20,978 nucleotides of DNA from an uncultured Clostridia bacterium (GTDB lineage: Bacteria; Bacillota; Clostridia; TANB77; UBA1234), in assembly GCA_947624765.1 (NCBI GenBank), contig CANQLS010000004.1, positions 1-20,978 on the forward strand, given 5' to 3'. Both the position numbers and the translations under genes were made by a program. Below are positions 7,312 to 16,428 of this stretch, in pieces. Numbering within the stretch: position 1 is the first letter of the stretch; every line of letters begins with the position of its first letter. A model generated the notes under the pieces. That model made no database searches, had not been told where the DNA came from, and saw only the letters and a list, made by a program, of their open reading frames with translations.

Positions 7312-8478
7312 ATGAAAGATATTACAATTTCGAGTGATATTAAATATATAGGAGCTGATGATAAAGATATAGAACTATTTGAAAATCAATATAAAGTTCC
7401 GAATGGTGTTTCTTATAATTCATATGTAATTTTAGATGATAAAATAGCAGTTCTTGATACAATTGATAAAAGAAAAACAAACGAGTGGATAGAAAATTTA
7501 GAAAAAGTTTTAAATGGAAAATTACCTGATTATTTAATTATTTCACATTTAGAGCCCGACCACGGATATAATATTAAAACAATAATTGACAAATATCCAA
7601 GTATAAAAATAGTTGGAAATAATAAGACTTTTGCTTTCTTGCCACAATTTTTCGATATTAATGATTTAGAGGAAAGAAAAATTGAAGTAAAAGATGGCGA
7701 TGAATTAGATTTAGGAAAACACAAATTGCGTTTCATTATGGCACCTATGATACATTGGCCTGAAGTTATGATGGAATATGATGAACTAGAAAAAGTATTA
7801 TTTTCAGCAGATGGATTTGGAAAATTTGGTACATTAGATACTGAAGAAGATTGGGATTGTGAGGCAAGAAGATATTATTTCAATATAGTAGGAAAATATG
7901 GCGTACAAGTTCAAGCATTATTAAAAAAGATTAGTGCATTAGAAATTCAAAGTATTTGTCCTTTGCATGGTCCTATTTTAAAAGGAAATTTATCACATTA
8001 TATAGAGAAATATGATATCTGGAGTAAATATGAAGTAGAAAGCGAAGGTATATATATTGCTTGTGCATCTATACATGGAAATACTTTTGAAGCTTGTGAG
8101 AAATTAAAAAATATCTTAGAGGAAAAAGGTGCTACAAAAGTAGTGCTTGCAGATTTATCAAAAGTAGATTTATCAGAGGCATTAGAAGATGCTTTTAGAT
8201 ATGGAAAAATTATATTTGTATCATCTACTTACAATATGGAAATATTCTCGCCAATGCGAAATCTATTATTAGATTTAAAAGAAAAAAATTATCAAAATCG
8301 AAAAGTAGGAATTATTGAAAACGGAACATGGGGACCAAATTCAGCAAAAGGCATGAAAGAAATATTATCTACTATGAAAAATATTGAAATAGTTGAACCA
8401 ACAGTAACAATTAGATCAACATTAAAAAATCATGATATAGAAAAATTAAATGAACTAGCAGAAGCAATATTACATTAA
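7312..8478 (+). CDS. FprA family A-type flavoprotein (flavodiiron protein: MBL-fold + flavodoxin domain)
   Basis: HLEPDHGYNI diiron-site motif, SYNSYVILDDKIAVLDTIDKR, HWPEVMMEYDELEKVLFSADGFGKFG, CPLHGPI, then C-terminal flavodoxin domain IYIACASIHGNTFEACEKL...SSTYNMEIFSPMRNLLLDL...GTWGPNSAKGM. Confidence 0.93.
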   Translation: MKDITISSDIKYIGADDKDIELFENQYKVPNGVSYNSYVILDDKIAVLDTIDKRKTNEWIENLEKVLNGKLPDYLIISHLEPDHGYNIKTIIDKYPSIKIVGNNKTFAFLPQFFDINDLEERKIEVKDGDELDLGKHKLRFIMAPMIHWPEVMMEYDELEKVLFSADGFGKFGTLDTEEDWDCEARRYYFNIVGKYGVQVQALLKKISALEIQSICPLHGPILKGNLSHYIEKYDIWSKYEVESEGIYIACASIHGNTFEACEKLKNILEEKGATKVVLADLSKVDLSEALEDAFRYGKIIFVSSTYNMEIFSPMRNLLLDLKEKNYQNRKVGIIENGTWGPNSAKGMKEILSTMKNIEIVEPTVTIRSTLKNHDIEKLNELAEAILH

Positions 8479-8565
8479 AAAATAATTAACCTATAATGTA
8501 TTAGATAGTTGAATTAAAATAAGCAGACAAAAAATAAAATTTAAAATAAGAAAGGAAAGAGTTGT

Positions 8566-9522
8566 ATGAAAAAAGAAGAAATAACATTAAAAAATACGAA
8601 AGCGGAAATTTTAGATGCACTAAATGAAGCATTGGAAAGAGAAAAAAATATAGCTAAAATAAAATATGAACCTGAAAAGGAGGAAAAAGCAAAAGAAATT
8701 CAAAAGGCTATAGAAGTATCTAAAGAAAATGTTGATCAAAAGATTTTTTCTGAGGAATTGAACAATAAATTTAAAGATTTAGAAACTGCTATTCAGGCAG
8801 AAGAAGAAAAATTAAAAAATCTATATGGTATAGAAAAAGAACTAAGTAATCTTGTAGTTGTTGTTAATGCAGGAAAAGATTATATGGTAGAATTGGAAAA
8901 TGATAAAAAAGTAAGATTAGATGAATTAAATTCTAGCATAAAAAGTTTAGAAGAACAGTATGAAACTAAAAAGAAAGAATTAGAAAAAGATTATGAAATA
9001 GCCGCAAAGAATTTAAAGCTTGAAAGAGATAGAGAACAAGAAGAATATAATTATAAAATAAAAAGAGAAAGAGAAATAAGTAATAATGAGTGGGAAGATG
9101 AAAAATCAAAAAGAGAAAGCGAATTAGCTAAAAAAGAGGCAAATGCTCAAGAAATTCTAAGCGAAGCAGAAGAAAAAGAAGAATATATTAAAGAATTAGA
9201 AGAAAAGGTAAATGAAATTCCTACACTTTTAGAAAAAGAATATACTAAGGGTAGAAAAGAAGCAACAAGTGAAATTGAAAAAGACAATAAGTATGCGACG
9301 GAATTATTAAAAAAAGATTTTCAAAATACGATAGATAGACAAAATGATAAAATAGAAAGTTTGCAAGAAGAATTGAAAAAAGTTAATTCGGAAAAAGAAG
9401 CTTTACAAAATAAATTAGATCAAGCTTATGTTCAAATAAAAGATATGGCAACCAAAACGGTTGAATCTGCTGGAGGATTAAAAATTATCGGAAATAATAG
9501 TAATGCGGATATAAAATCTTAA
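8566..9522 (+). CDS. Hypothetical coiled-coil protein
   Basis: Long, highly charged heptad-rich ORF (318 aa) with SD GAAAGGAAAGAG before ATG 8566; no recognised domain. Confidence 0.75.
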   Translation: MKKEEITLKNTKAEILDALNEALEREKNIAKIKYEPEKEEKAKEIQKAIEVSKENVDQKIFSEELNNKFKDLETAIQAEEEKLKNLYGIEKELSNLVVVVNAGKDYMVELENDKKVRLDELNSSIKSLEEQYETKKKELEKDYEIAAKNLKLERDREQEEYNYKIKREREISNNEWEDEKSKRESELAKKEANAQEILSEAEEKEEYIKELEEKVNEIPTLLEKEYTKGRKEATSEIEKDNKYATELLKKDFQNTIDRQNDKIESLQEELKKVNSEKEALQNKLDQAYVQIKDMATKTVESAGGLKIIGNNSNADIKS

Positions 9523-9543
9523 TGAACTTACTAAAACTCTAAG

Positions 9544-9590
9544 TAGTGAATAGTTACGTATGTTTTGTTATAGTAACTATTCACTATTTT
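9544..9590 (+). terminator. Intrinsic terminator after the coiled-coil gene
   Basis: TAGTGAATAGTTAC (9544..9557) and GTAACTATTCACTA (9573..9586) form a perfect 14-bp stem followed by TTTTTG. Confidence 0.75.
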
Positions 9591-9715
9591 TGTTATACTA
9601 TTACGAATATACAGAACGATTATCTACTATGGTTTTGCCAAGCTGTTGTTTCGCTAACTTTTTTCTTGCCAAAGTAGATGAAAAGATATATATTATTTAT
9701 ATATAATTAAAGCCT

Positions 9716-10312
9716 ATGCATTTAGGGAAAGGAATGAAGCTAAGTATGAATAGAACCAAGAGAAAAATATTTGAAACTGCTATGAAGTTGTTTGCTGAAA
9801 AAGGATATGAAGCTACTAGTGTAGAAGAAATTACTGCTACTGTTGGCGTAGCTAAAGGAACTCTATATTACCATTTTTCAAGTAAAGAAGAAATATATAA
9901 CTTTTTAATTGAAGAAGGTATGAAGCTACTATGCAATAGTATAGAGATAAAAACAGAAAACTTAACTGATCCTATTGCAAAGCTAAGAGCAGTTATTGTA
10001 ATTCAATTAAAAGTTATTATGAAATATGATGAGTTTATTACTATTCTACTTAGCCAAATATGGGGTACTGAGCCAAGACATCAATACTTTAGAAAATATG
10101 TATATCAATATATTGACGTAATAAAATCTATTATTGATGATGGTATTAAATCTGGCATTTTAAAAGATGGTGATAGTTATTTGATGGCATCTCATATCGT
10201 AGGTATGATGTGTGCCATTAAAATATACAAGCTAAAATCTGAACAAGAGATTAGCATTGAAAAAATGGCGAATAATATTGTAGATTGTGTATTGAAAGGT
10301 ATTATTGCATAG
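9716..10312 (+). CDS. TetR/AcrR family transcriptional regulator
   Basis: RKIFETAMKLFAEKGYEATSVEEITATVGVAKGTLYYHFSSKEEIYNFLIEEG HTH. Start may be ATG 9734 or 9746. Confidence 0.93.
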   Translation: MHLGKGMKLSMNRTKRKIFETAMKLFAEKGYEATSVEEITATVGVAKGTLYYHFSSKEEIYNFLIEEGMKLLCNSIEIKTENLTDPIAKLRAVIVIQLKVIMKYDEFITILLSQIWGTEPRHQYFRKYVYQYIDVIKSIIDDGIKSGILKDGDSYLMASHIVGMMCAIKIYKLKSEQEISIEKMANNIVDCVLKGIIA

Positions 10313-10327
10313 AAAAGAGGTTAGAAG

Positions 10328-12001
10328 ATGGCAGAAAAGCATTTTAAAGATTTAAGAGATATGGTAATGCAATCAGAAAAAGATTTTTCAGATGAAGTAG
10401 CTTTTCATATTAAATATCGTAATGAAATTGTAGGTGTAAAATATTCTAAATTTATTGATGATATAAAAGGTTTTGGTTCTTATTTATTAAGTTTAAATCT
10501 TGAGAAAAAAAGAGTTGCTTTTATATCTGCAAATCGTTATGAATGGTGTGTTACATATTTGGCGTCTGCAACTTCAGATTTAATTTCGGTTCCACTCGAT
10601 AAATCTCTTCCTATTAACGAATTTGAAGATTTAATAGCGAGAGCAGAAGCGGATATATTAGTTTATGATATGAAGCATGATGAATATGCTAAAGCAATTT
10701 CACAAAAGGAAAATACAACGGTAAAACATTTCGTATGTATGGATGTTGATTTTAATGATTGCATTGAAAAAGGAAAAAAGTTATTACTTAAAAAAGATAA
10801 TAAATATGATAAAGTAAAAATTGATCATGATAAAATGAGATTTATGTTGTTCACCTCTGGCACTACTTCTGCTTCTAAGTGTGTAATGTTATCTCATAAA
10901 AATATTTGTAGTAATATCGAGGCGATTACTAAGGCACTTGATGTTAGTGTAAATGATACTATGCTTTCATTTTTACCAGCACACCATACGTTTGAATGTA
11001 CAGCAGGTTTTTTATATCCTATTAGTGTTGGGGCTAAAATTGCTTTTTGTGATGGGCTTAGACATTTAGTAGATAATATGAAAGAATATGAAATAACAGC
11101 AATGATAAGTGTGCCACTACTATATGAAGGAATTTACAAAAAGCTTTGGAAACAAATTGAGGTAAGTAAAAAAGAAACGCAAATAAAGGTAGCATTAAAA
11201 GCTAGTGAAGCTTTATTAAGAGTTGGCATTGATATGAGAAAACATCTTTTTAAACAAATACATGAAGCTTTAGGTGGAAAGATTAGATTGCTAGTGAGCG
11301 GTGCTGCTGCTATTGATCCGACCATAGCTAAAGCTTATAACGATTTTGGATTTACTATGTATCAAGGTTATGGGTTAACTGAAACATCACCTGTAGTTTC
11401 AGTTGAGCGTGAAGGTTATACACGCAACAAGTCAGTAGGCATCCCTTTAGATAAAGTAGAAGTGAAAGTAGATAATCCTGCTGAAGATGGTATTGGAGAA
11501 TTATTAGTAAAAGCTCCTTCTGTTATGTTGGGATATTATCAAGATGAAGAAGCTACAAAAGATGTGTTACAACATGGTTGGTTTCATACGGGAGATTTAG
11601 GGAAAATAGATAAAGATGGATTTATATACATAACTGGGAGAATGAAAAATGTAATAGTTTTAAAGAATGGCAAAAATGTTTTTCCAGAGGAGATAGAAGT
11701 TTTAATAAATCGTTTAGATTTTGTTAAAGAGTCTATTGTTTACGGTTTGCCAGATAAAGACGGAGATGTTTCTATCTGTGCGAAAATTGTTTATGATAAA
11801 GAACAAGTAATAGAGAAGCTTGGAATTATACAAGATGAAGAGCTTGAAGATTTATATTGGCAAAAAATAAAAGAATTGAACAAAACTATGCCTACATATA
11901 AATATATTAAAAAAATAACTTTAACAGAAGAACCACTTATAAAAACCACTACAAATAAGGTGAAAAGGCATGAGGAAATTGCAAAAATTATGTCGGAGTA
12001 A
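10328..12001 (+). CDS. AMP-dependent (long-chain fatty acid-CoA ligase-like) synthetase
   Basis: LFTSGTTSASKCVMLSH (P-loop-like A3 motif), GYGLTETSPVVS, GWFHTGDLGKIDKDGFIYITGRMKNVIVLKNGKNVFPEEIE. Confidence 0.92.
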   Translation: MAEKHFKDLRDMVMQSEKDFSDEVAFHIKYRNEIVGVKYSKFIDDIKGFGSYLLSLNLEKKRVAFISANRYEWCVTYLASATSDLISVPLDKSLPINEFEDLIARAEADILVYDMKHDEYAKAISQKENTTVKHFVCMDVDFNDCIEKGKKLLLKKDNKYDKVKIDHDKMRFMLFTSGTTSASKCVMLSHKNICSNIEAITKALDVSVNDTMLSFLPAHHTFECTAGFLYPISVGAKIAFCDGLRHLVDNMKEYEITAMISVPLLYEGIYKKLWKQIEVSKKETQIKVALKASEALLRVGIDMRKHLFKQIHEALGGKIRLLVSGAAAIDPTIAKAYNDFGFTMYQGYGLTETSPVVSVEREGYTRNKSVGIPLDKVEVKVDNPAEDGIGELLVKAPSVMLGYYQDEEATKDVLQHGWFHTGDLGKIDKDGFIYITGRMKNVIVLKNGKNVFPEEIEVLINRLDFVKESIVYGLPDKDGDVSICAKIVYDKEQVIEKLGIIQDEELEDLYWQKIKELNKTMPTYKYIKKITLTEEPLIKTTTNKVKRHEEIAKIMSE

Positions 12002-12042
12002 GTATGTAACATTTCTGTAACACAAACTTAATATTACTGTAA

Positions 12043-12071
12043 TTGTAAAAAGATGACGAAAGTTGTATAAT
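12043..12071 (+). promoter_or_regulatory. Candidate promoter for the 12140 gene
   Basis: TTGTAA (12043..12048), 17-nt spacer, TATAAT (12066..12071). Confidence 0.55.
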
Positions 12072-12139
12072 ACACACGAAAGCATTACTAAAGAGAAAAA
12101 AGGAGGGAATTACATAGTCTTGCTATGTAATGGTTGTGT

Positions 12140-12889
12140 ATGGAAAATGTTGAAACAGTAGAAAAAACAGTTGAATTGCAAAAAATTGTACAAAAATTAG
12201 AGAAACTTGAGAAGATGATTAATCCTAATAGTAAAAAGTCTTTAATTATGTGGGAAGAAGATGACAGTTTTAAAAAATTGATTTCTACTATTAAAGAGTA
12301 TGCTTTAAGTTGCAATGTAGATGAATTTCCAGTAGAACTTTTAGATAAATTGAAAGCTTTGAAGGCAGATTCTACTTCTCAAATAGAAGAGGGAACAAAA
12401 AGAGTAGAAGAATTAAAACATCAAGCTAAAGTAAATGTTGAATTAAGTGAGTTTTTATCTACAATATATGTTTCTGCTATGGCGGGCAATTCTTTAGATG
12501 AATATGAAGAAAAACTTTCTTGTGAAGAATTATGTTCTATGAAAGAGCATTTACAAACTATTTCTACTACAGTTCCAGATACTGAGGAATATGTAAAGGC
12601 TGAAAAGGCAGTAAAATCTAAAATTAGTAATTTAGAAAATAGTGTTCATATTACAATTGATTTAGAAAGAACAATTAGTAAAGGTGGAGCACTTGAATAT
12701 ATCTGTGCTGAAATTACTCCTGCAATAGAAAGATTGCAAGCTGAATATGATGCTAGATACGCTGTACCAGAGCCTGAAGAAGATGTTATTACAGCACTTG
12801 CTGTGCGTAAAACTTTATCTGAGAAAATTTATGATGCTATTATTAGACCATTTGCTAATTTATTTAGAAGAAAATCAAAAGTAAAATAA
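12140..12889 (+). CDS. Hypothetical helical/coiled-coil protein with basic C-terminus
   Basis: ATG 12140 (alternative TTG 12134), 249-251 aa, charged helical segments and basic tail IYDAIIRPFANLFRRKSKVK; no recognised domain. Confidence 0.75.
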   Translation: MENVETVEKTVELQKIVQKLEKLEKMINPNSKKSLIMWEEDDSFKKLISTIKEYALSCNVDEFPVELLDKLKALKADSTSQIEEGTKRVEELKHQAKVNVELSEFLSTIYVSAMAGNSLDEYEEKLSCEELCSMKEHLQTISTTVPDTEEYVKAEKAVKSKISNLENSVHITIDLERTISKGGALEYICAEITPAIERLQAEYDARYAVPEPEEDVITALAVRKTLSEKIYDAIIRPFANLFRRKSKVK

Positions 12890-12908
12890 AAAATATAAGA
12901 GTTGAGTT

Positions 12909-12935
12909 AAAGACGGGGCAAAACCTCGTCTTTTT
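12909..12935 (+). terminator. Intrinsic terminator
   Basis: AAAGACGgGG-CAAAA-CCtCGTCTTTTT stem-loop with T-run. Confidence 0.8.
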
Positions 12936-13012
12936 CTTGCTTTATTTTCACTTTTTACACATATTTTACATTTTCCTTATAGATTATTTACAGCTACTGT
13001 ATAATATAGTAA

Positions 13013-13332
13013 CTGGTAAATAATTATAAATTGTGCGGATAATGGAAAAATGTATTATTTGATTTCTTTTTTTAGTTTTATAACTGCTCATATAAAATTG
13101 AAGAAAGAAAGCTCTAATATAATTTTGAAATTGTCAGCTTTTTAACTGGAGTTTGAAAGTGCAGTTTGGCTGGAATAATGAAGGGAAAAAGGCAAGTGTA
13201 CAATTTATATTTGCTCTGCTGATTTCTTTTTGAATGGGAGAAGGAGGCGGAAGAAAATGCAATATGGGGCGAAAGCCTTAGGGTAATTGCCCCCAAAATG
13301 CATTAATGTAATCGAAAGTTGGTGAGTAATAC
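13013..13332 (+). promoter_or_regulatory. Long, possibly structured 5' leader of the two-component operon
   Basis: TGTATAAT extended -10 with TATAAT at 13000..13005 implies a ~320 nt leader to ATG 13333; near its 3' end ATGCA(13257..13261)...GGGGC(13266..13270)...GCCCC(13289..13293)...TGCAT(13299..13303) pair. Confidence 0.45.
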
Positions 13333-14034
13333 ATGAATAAGAAGATACTAATTGTAGATGATGATAAAAATATATGTGAGCTTTTAAGCCTTTATTTAAA
13401 AAATGAAGGATATCAGGTGGTATTTGCATATGACGGAAGTGAAGCCGTTACAAAGGCAAAAGAGGAAAAACCAAACTTAATTGTTTTAGATGTGATGATG
13501 CCAGTTATTAATGGCTGGGAAGCTTGCAAATTGATTAGACAATTTACAGATGTACCAATTATTATGCTTACTGCTTTAGATACATTAGAAAATAAGGTAC
13601 AAGGATTAAATATTGGGGCTGATGATTATATTGTAAAACCATTTGAACCAGTTGAAGTAGTTGCTAGGATTAATGCACATATGAGAAGGCAAGATGCAAA
13701 TACTGATAAAACTTCTGAGGCTACAGATGCTTCGGAAATAGAAGTAGACAATTTAAGCGTTAATATGGATAAATACGAAGTGAAGCTTAACGGAAAATTG
13801 GTAACTGATTTAAAACCAAAGGAAATTCAATTATTACATTTTTTTATGCTTAATAAAAATCAAGTTTTTACACGTGAACAGCTTTTAGATAAAGTTTGGG
13901 GATATGAATATTTTGGTGGTACAAGAACAGTTGATGTGCATATAAAAAGTGTAAGAGAAAAATTGAGTAGTAGTAAAAACAAATGGGAAATTAAAACAAT
14001 ATGGAATGTAGGATATAAATTTGAGATTCAGTAG
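13333..14034 (+). CDS. OmpR/PhoB family response regulator
   Basis: Receiver ILIVDDDKNICELLSLYL...PNLIVLDVMMP...PIIMLTAL...GADDYIVKPFEPVEVVARI and winged-helix DNA-binding domain LKPKEIQLLHFFMLNKNQVFTREQLLDKVWGYEYFGGTRTVDVHIKSVREKL. Confidence 0.96.
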   Translation: MNKKILIVDDDKNICELLSLYLKNEGYQVVFAYDGSEAVTKAKEEKPNLIVLDVMMPVINGWEACKLIRQFTDVPIIMLTALDTLENKVQGLNIGADDYIVKPFEPVEVVARINAHMRRQDANTDKTSEATDASEIEVDNLSVNMDKYEVKLNGKLVTDLKPKEIQLLHFFMLNKNQVFTREQLLDKVWGYEYFGGTRTVDVHIKSVREKLSSSKNKWEIKTIWNVGYKFEIQ

Positions 14035-14049
14035 TAGATAGGGGATTGT

Positions 14050-15441
14050 ATGTTTAAAAGTATATATTTGAGATTGGTTACAACATATTTAACATTGTTT
14101 TTAGTAATTATTTTGCTTATATCTTTTTTTACTCTTAGTATTTTTTATAAAGAGTTTGCCAATCAAGCTGAGCAAAATTTATTAAATGCAGGTATTAGAA
14201 CAAATGCATTAATGACAAGATATTATGATAATGAAATTTCTAAGGTGGAATTAACATCTTGGATTAATGCAATGAGTTATATTTCTAATATCAAAATTTA
14301 TATACTTAATCCTGATACAAGTGTTTTACATCAAGTTTCTAATGAAGAGGAAATGTCTATTAGTGAACAAATAAGAGCCGATATTAAGTCTGTTATGGAG
14401 GGCGAAACGGTTAAAAGAATGAGCCCTTTCAAAATGGATACTGGTAGCGAGATTGTGTATGTGGGAATGCCACTTACTTATAATGATAAAATTAGTGGTA
14501 TTATTATGTTATTCTCACCATTTACAGAGTTAAATGCAATTTTAAAGCAAGCACTTTTAACTATTGGTGCAGTGATTTTGATTTCTATATTAATTTGTAC
14601 ACTTGCAATTTTAAGAATATCTATAAAAATATCTGAACCAATCCGCGTAATTAGTGATTATGCTAAAAAAATTGGTAAAGGCGAAGAAGTACCAGATATT
14701 GAAATTAATTCTAAAGATGAAATTGGTATGCTGGCACAATCATTTAATGAAATGAAGAAAGAGATTTCTGTAGCTGAGCAAATGAGAAGAGAAATTGTTG
14801 CAAATGTTTCACATGAACTAAGGACCCCACTTACTTCTATTATAGGATTTATTAAAGGTATTTTAGATGGTGTTATTAGTAAAGAAGATGAAAACAAATA
14901 TTTATCGATTGCTTATGAAGAAGCTAATCGATTAAAAGAATTAACAAAAGATATTGTAGATGTTGCAAAATTAGAATCTGGAAGTACAAAGTTATATAAA
15001 GAAGAATTTGTATTAAATGAATTAGCAAAAGATGTATATTTAGAATTGGAAGAATTAGTTAAAGAAAAAAATCTTGATTTTATTTTAGACGAAAAAGATG
15101 AAAATATTGTTATTAATGCAGATAAAGCTAGAATAAGACAAGTGTTGATAAATGTTATTAATAATTCTATTAAATTTACAAATGAAGGATATATTAAATT
15201 AACAATAGAAAAATATTTAGATAAGGTTAAAATCGAAGTTGAAGATACTGGTATAGGCATTCAAAAGGATAAAATTTCTTATTTATTTAATAAATTTTAT
15301 ACTGCAAATGACTATGGTAATGCAACTTCTGGCGCTGGACTTGGTCTAAATATTGTGAAGAATATTATTGATATGCACGAAGGAAAAGTAAGTGTTGAAA
15401 GCACGCTTAACAAAGGAACAATAGTTACAATTATTATTTAG
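14050..15441 (+). CDS. Sensor histidine kinase (HAMP, HisKA, HATPase_c)
   Basis: Two TM segments, HAMP region PIRVISDYAKKIGKGE, H-box VANVSHELRTPLTSIIGFIKG, N-box IINNSIKFTNEG, G-boxes DTGIGI and GAGLGLNIVKNI. Confidence 0.96.
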   Translation: MFKSIYLRLVTTYLTLFLVIILLISFFTLSIFYKEFANQAEQNLLNAGIRTNALMTRYYDNEISKVELTSWINAMSYISNIKIYILNPDTSVLHQVSNEEEMSISEQIRADIKSVMEGETVKRMSPFKMDTGSEIVYVGMPLTYNDKISGIIMLFSPFTELNAILKQALLTIGAVILISILICTLAILRISIKISEPIRVISDYAKKIGKGEEVPDIEINSKDEIGMLAQSFNEMKKEISVAEQMRREIVANVSHELRTPLTSIIGFIKGILDGVISKEDENKYLSIAYEEANRLKELTKDIVDVAKLESGSTKLYKEEFVLNELAKDVYLELEELVKEKNLDFILDEKDENIVINADKARIRQVLINVINNSIKFTNEGYIKLTIEKYLDKVKIEVEDTGIGIQKDKISYLFNKFYTANDYGNATSGAGLGLNIVKNIIDMHEGKVSVESTLNKGTIVTIII

Positions 15442-15471
15442 ACTAAAAATAATAGAAAGGCGGAAGGATAA

Positions 15472-15915
15472 GTGAATAATATTTTTAAATTTATTAGTAC
15501 CATTTTAATGGTTATCTTAATACTTATCTTAGTTTGGGTTCTTGTATCTTATTACAGAGAAGAACCTGTTACGTTTGTGTCGCCTACTAATAATATTAAT
15601 GTTGTAAGTACTGATCAAGTAGGTTCTATTGTAGATGAATTAGGAAAAGATGACAACAATACTCCAATTGATGATGTTACACCAATTGAAAATAATAAAA
15701 CATCTGAAGATAATTCACAAGAAAATATTCCAACTGAGCCAAATACAACAGATCCTTTGGTAATAGAATCTACTATTCCAACTTCTAATTCGGAAAAACA
15801 AGAAATTTTATCGGAAATTGATAAAACATTAATGGAGTTATTAGAAGTTGTTGATAAAGTTAAACCAATTGATGAAACTCGCTTAGAAGGTGGAGAAAGC
15901 GAGGTGCAAGAGTGA
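15472..15915 (+). CDS. Hypothetical membrane-anchored protein
   Basis: GTG start with AGGCGGAAGGA upstream; N-terminal TM FKFISTILMVILILILVWVLVSYY followed by acidic Asn/Thr/Ser-rich extracytoplasmic region. Confidence 0.75.
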   Translation: MNNIFKFISTILMVILILILVWVLVSYYREEPVTFVSPTNNINVVSTDQVGSIVDELGKDDNNTPIDDVTPIENNKTSEDNSQENIPTEPNTTDPLVIESTIPTSNSEKQEILSEIDKTLMELLEVVDKVKPIDETRLEGGESEVQE

Positions 15916-16418
15916 AAAAGATAGCACTTTGCTTTATGATTATGACTTTATTTCTATTAGGAAGTTGTGTATTAGCTACAGAAGGTGAAACAGAAGATGA
16001 TGCACATATACCTTCTATGTCGGTTGAAGAATTTGTTATTATGACACAAGCAAAACAGGCTAAGGTAGATATTATTAAGAAAAACAACGTTGAAATGCAA
16101 GACTTAAAAGAAGAATTAAAAGAAAAAATTGTAAAGGCAGCAGAGAAGATTAATGCAATGAAAATTGAAATATCGCAAAATACTGTAGTTATAACAGAAG
16201 AACAGTTATCAGAATTAAAAGAACTCTTGCAATTTTTACAAGATTCGAAAGATACACTAGAAGTAGATGTAGAACGAACTTTAAGTGATATTGATAAAAT
16301 TTTAGATTTAATAGTAACAAAAGGTATGCAATTAGAACAATATGATAAATTGATAGAAAAACAAAATGATGTAATTGTGAAAATGAAAACAGTAATGGCT
16401 ACGGTGGAAAAAATATAA
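15912..16418 (+). CDS. Hypothetical exported coiled-coil protein
   Basis: Start overlaps the previous stop (GTGA); signal peptide MKKIALCFMIMTLFLLGSCVLATEG then helical charged region. Confidence 0.78.
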   Translation: MKKIALCFMIMTLFLLGSCVLATEGETEDDAHIPSMSVEEFVIMTQAKQAKVDIIKKNNVEMQDLKEELKEKIVKAAEKINAMKIEISQNTVVITEEQLSELKELLQFLQDSKDTLEVDVERTLSDIDKILDLIVTKGMQLEQYDKLIEKQNDVIVKMKTVMATVEKI

Positions 16419-16428
16419 GGAGAATACA

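Noticed and set aside
13257-13303. Assigning the leader hairpin to the c-di-GMP-I, c-di-GMP-II, ydaO or yybP riboswitch families
   Set aside because: Some short strings (GCGAAAGCC, AGGGTAA) look suggestive but the ordered conserved cores of those classes are not present; left as unassigned structure.
14658-15260. Minus-strand ORFs inside the histidine kinase gene
   Set aside because: They lie fully within a strongly supported kinase CDS and show only Ser/Ile-rich shadow composition.
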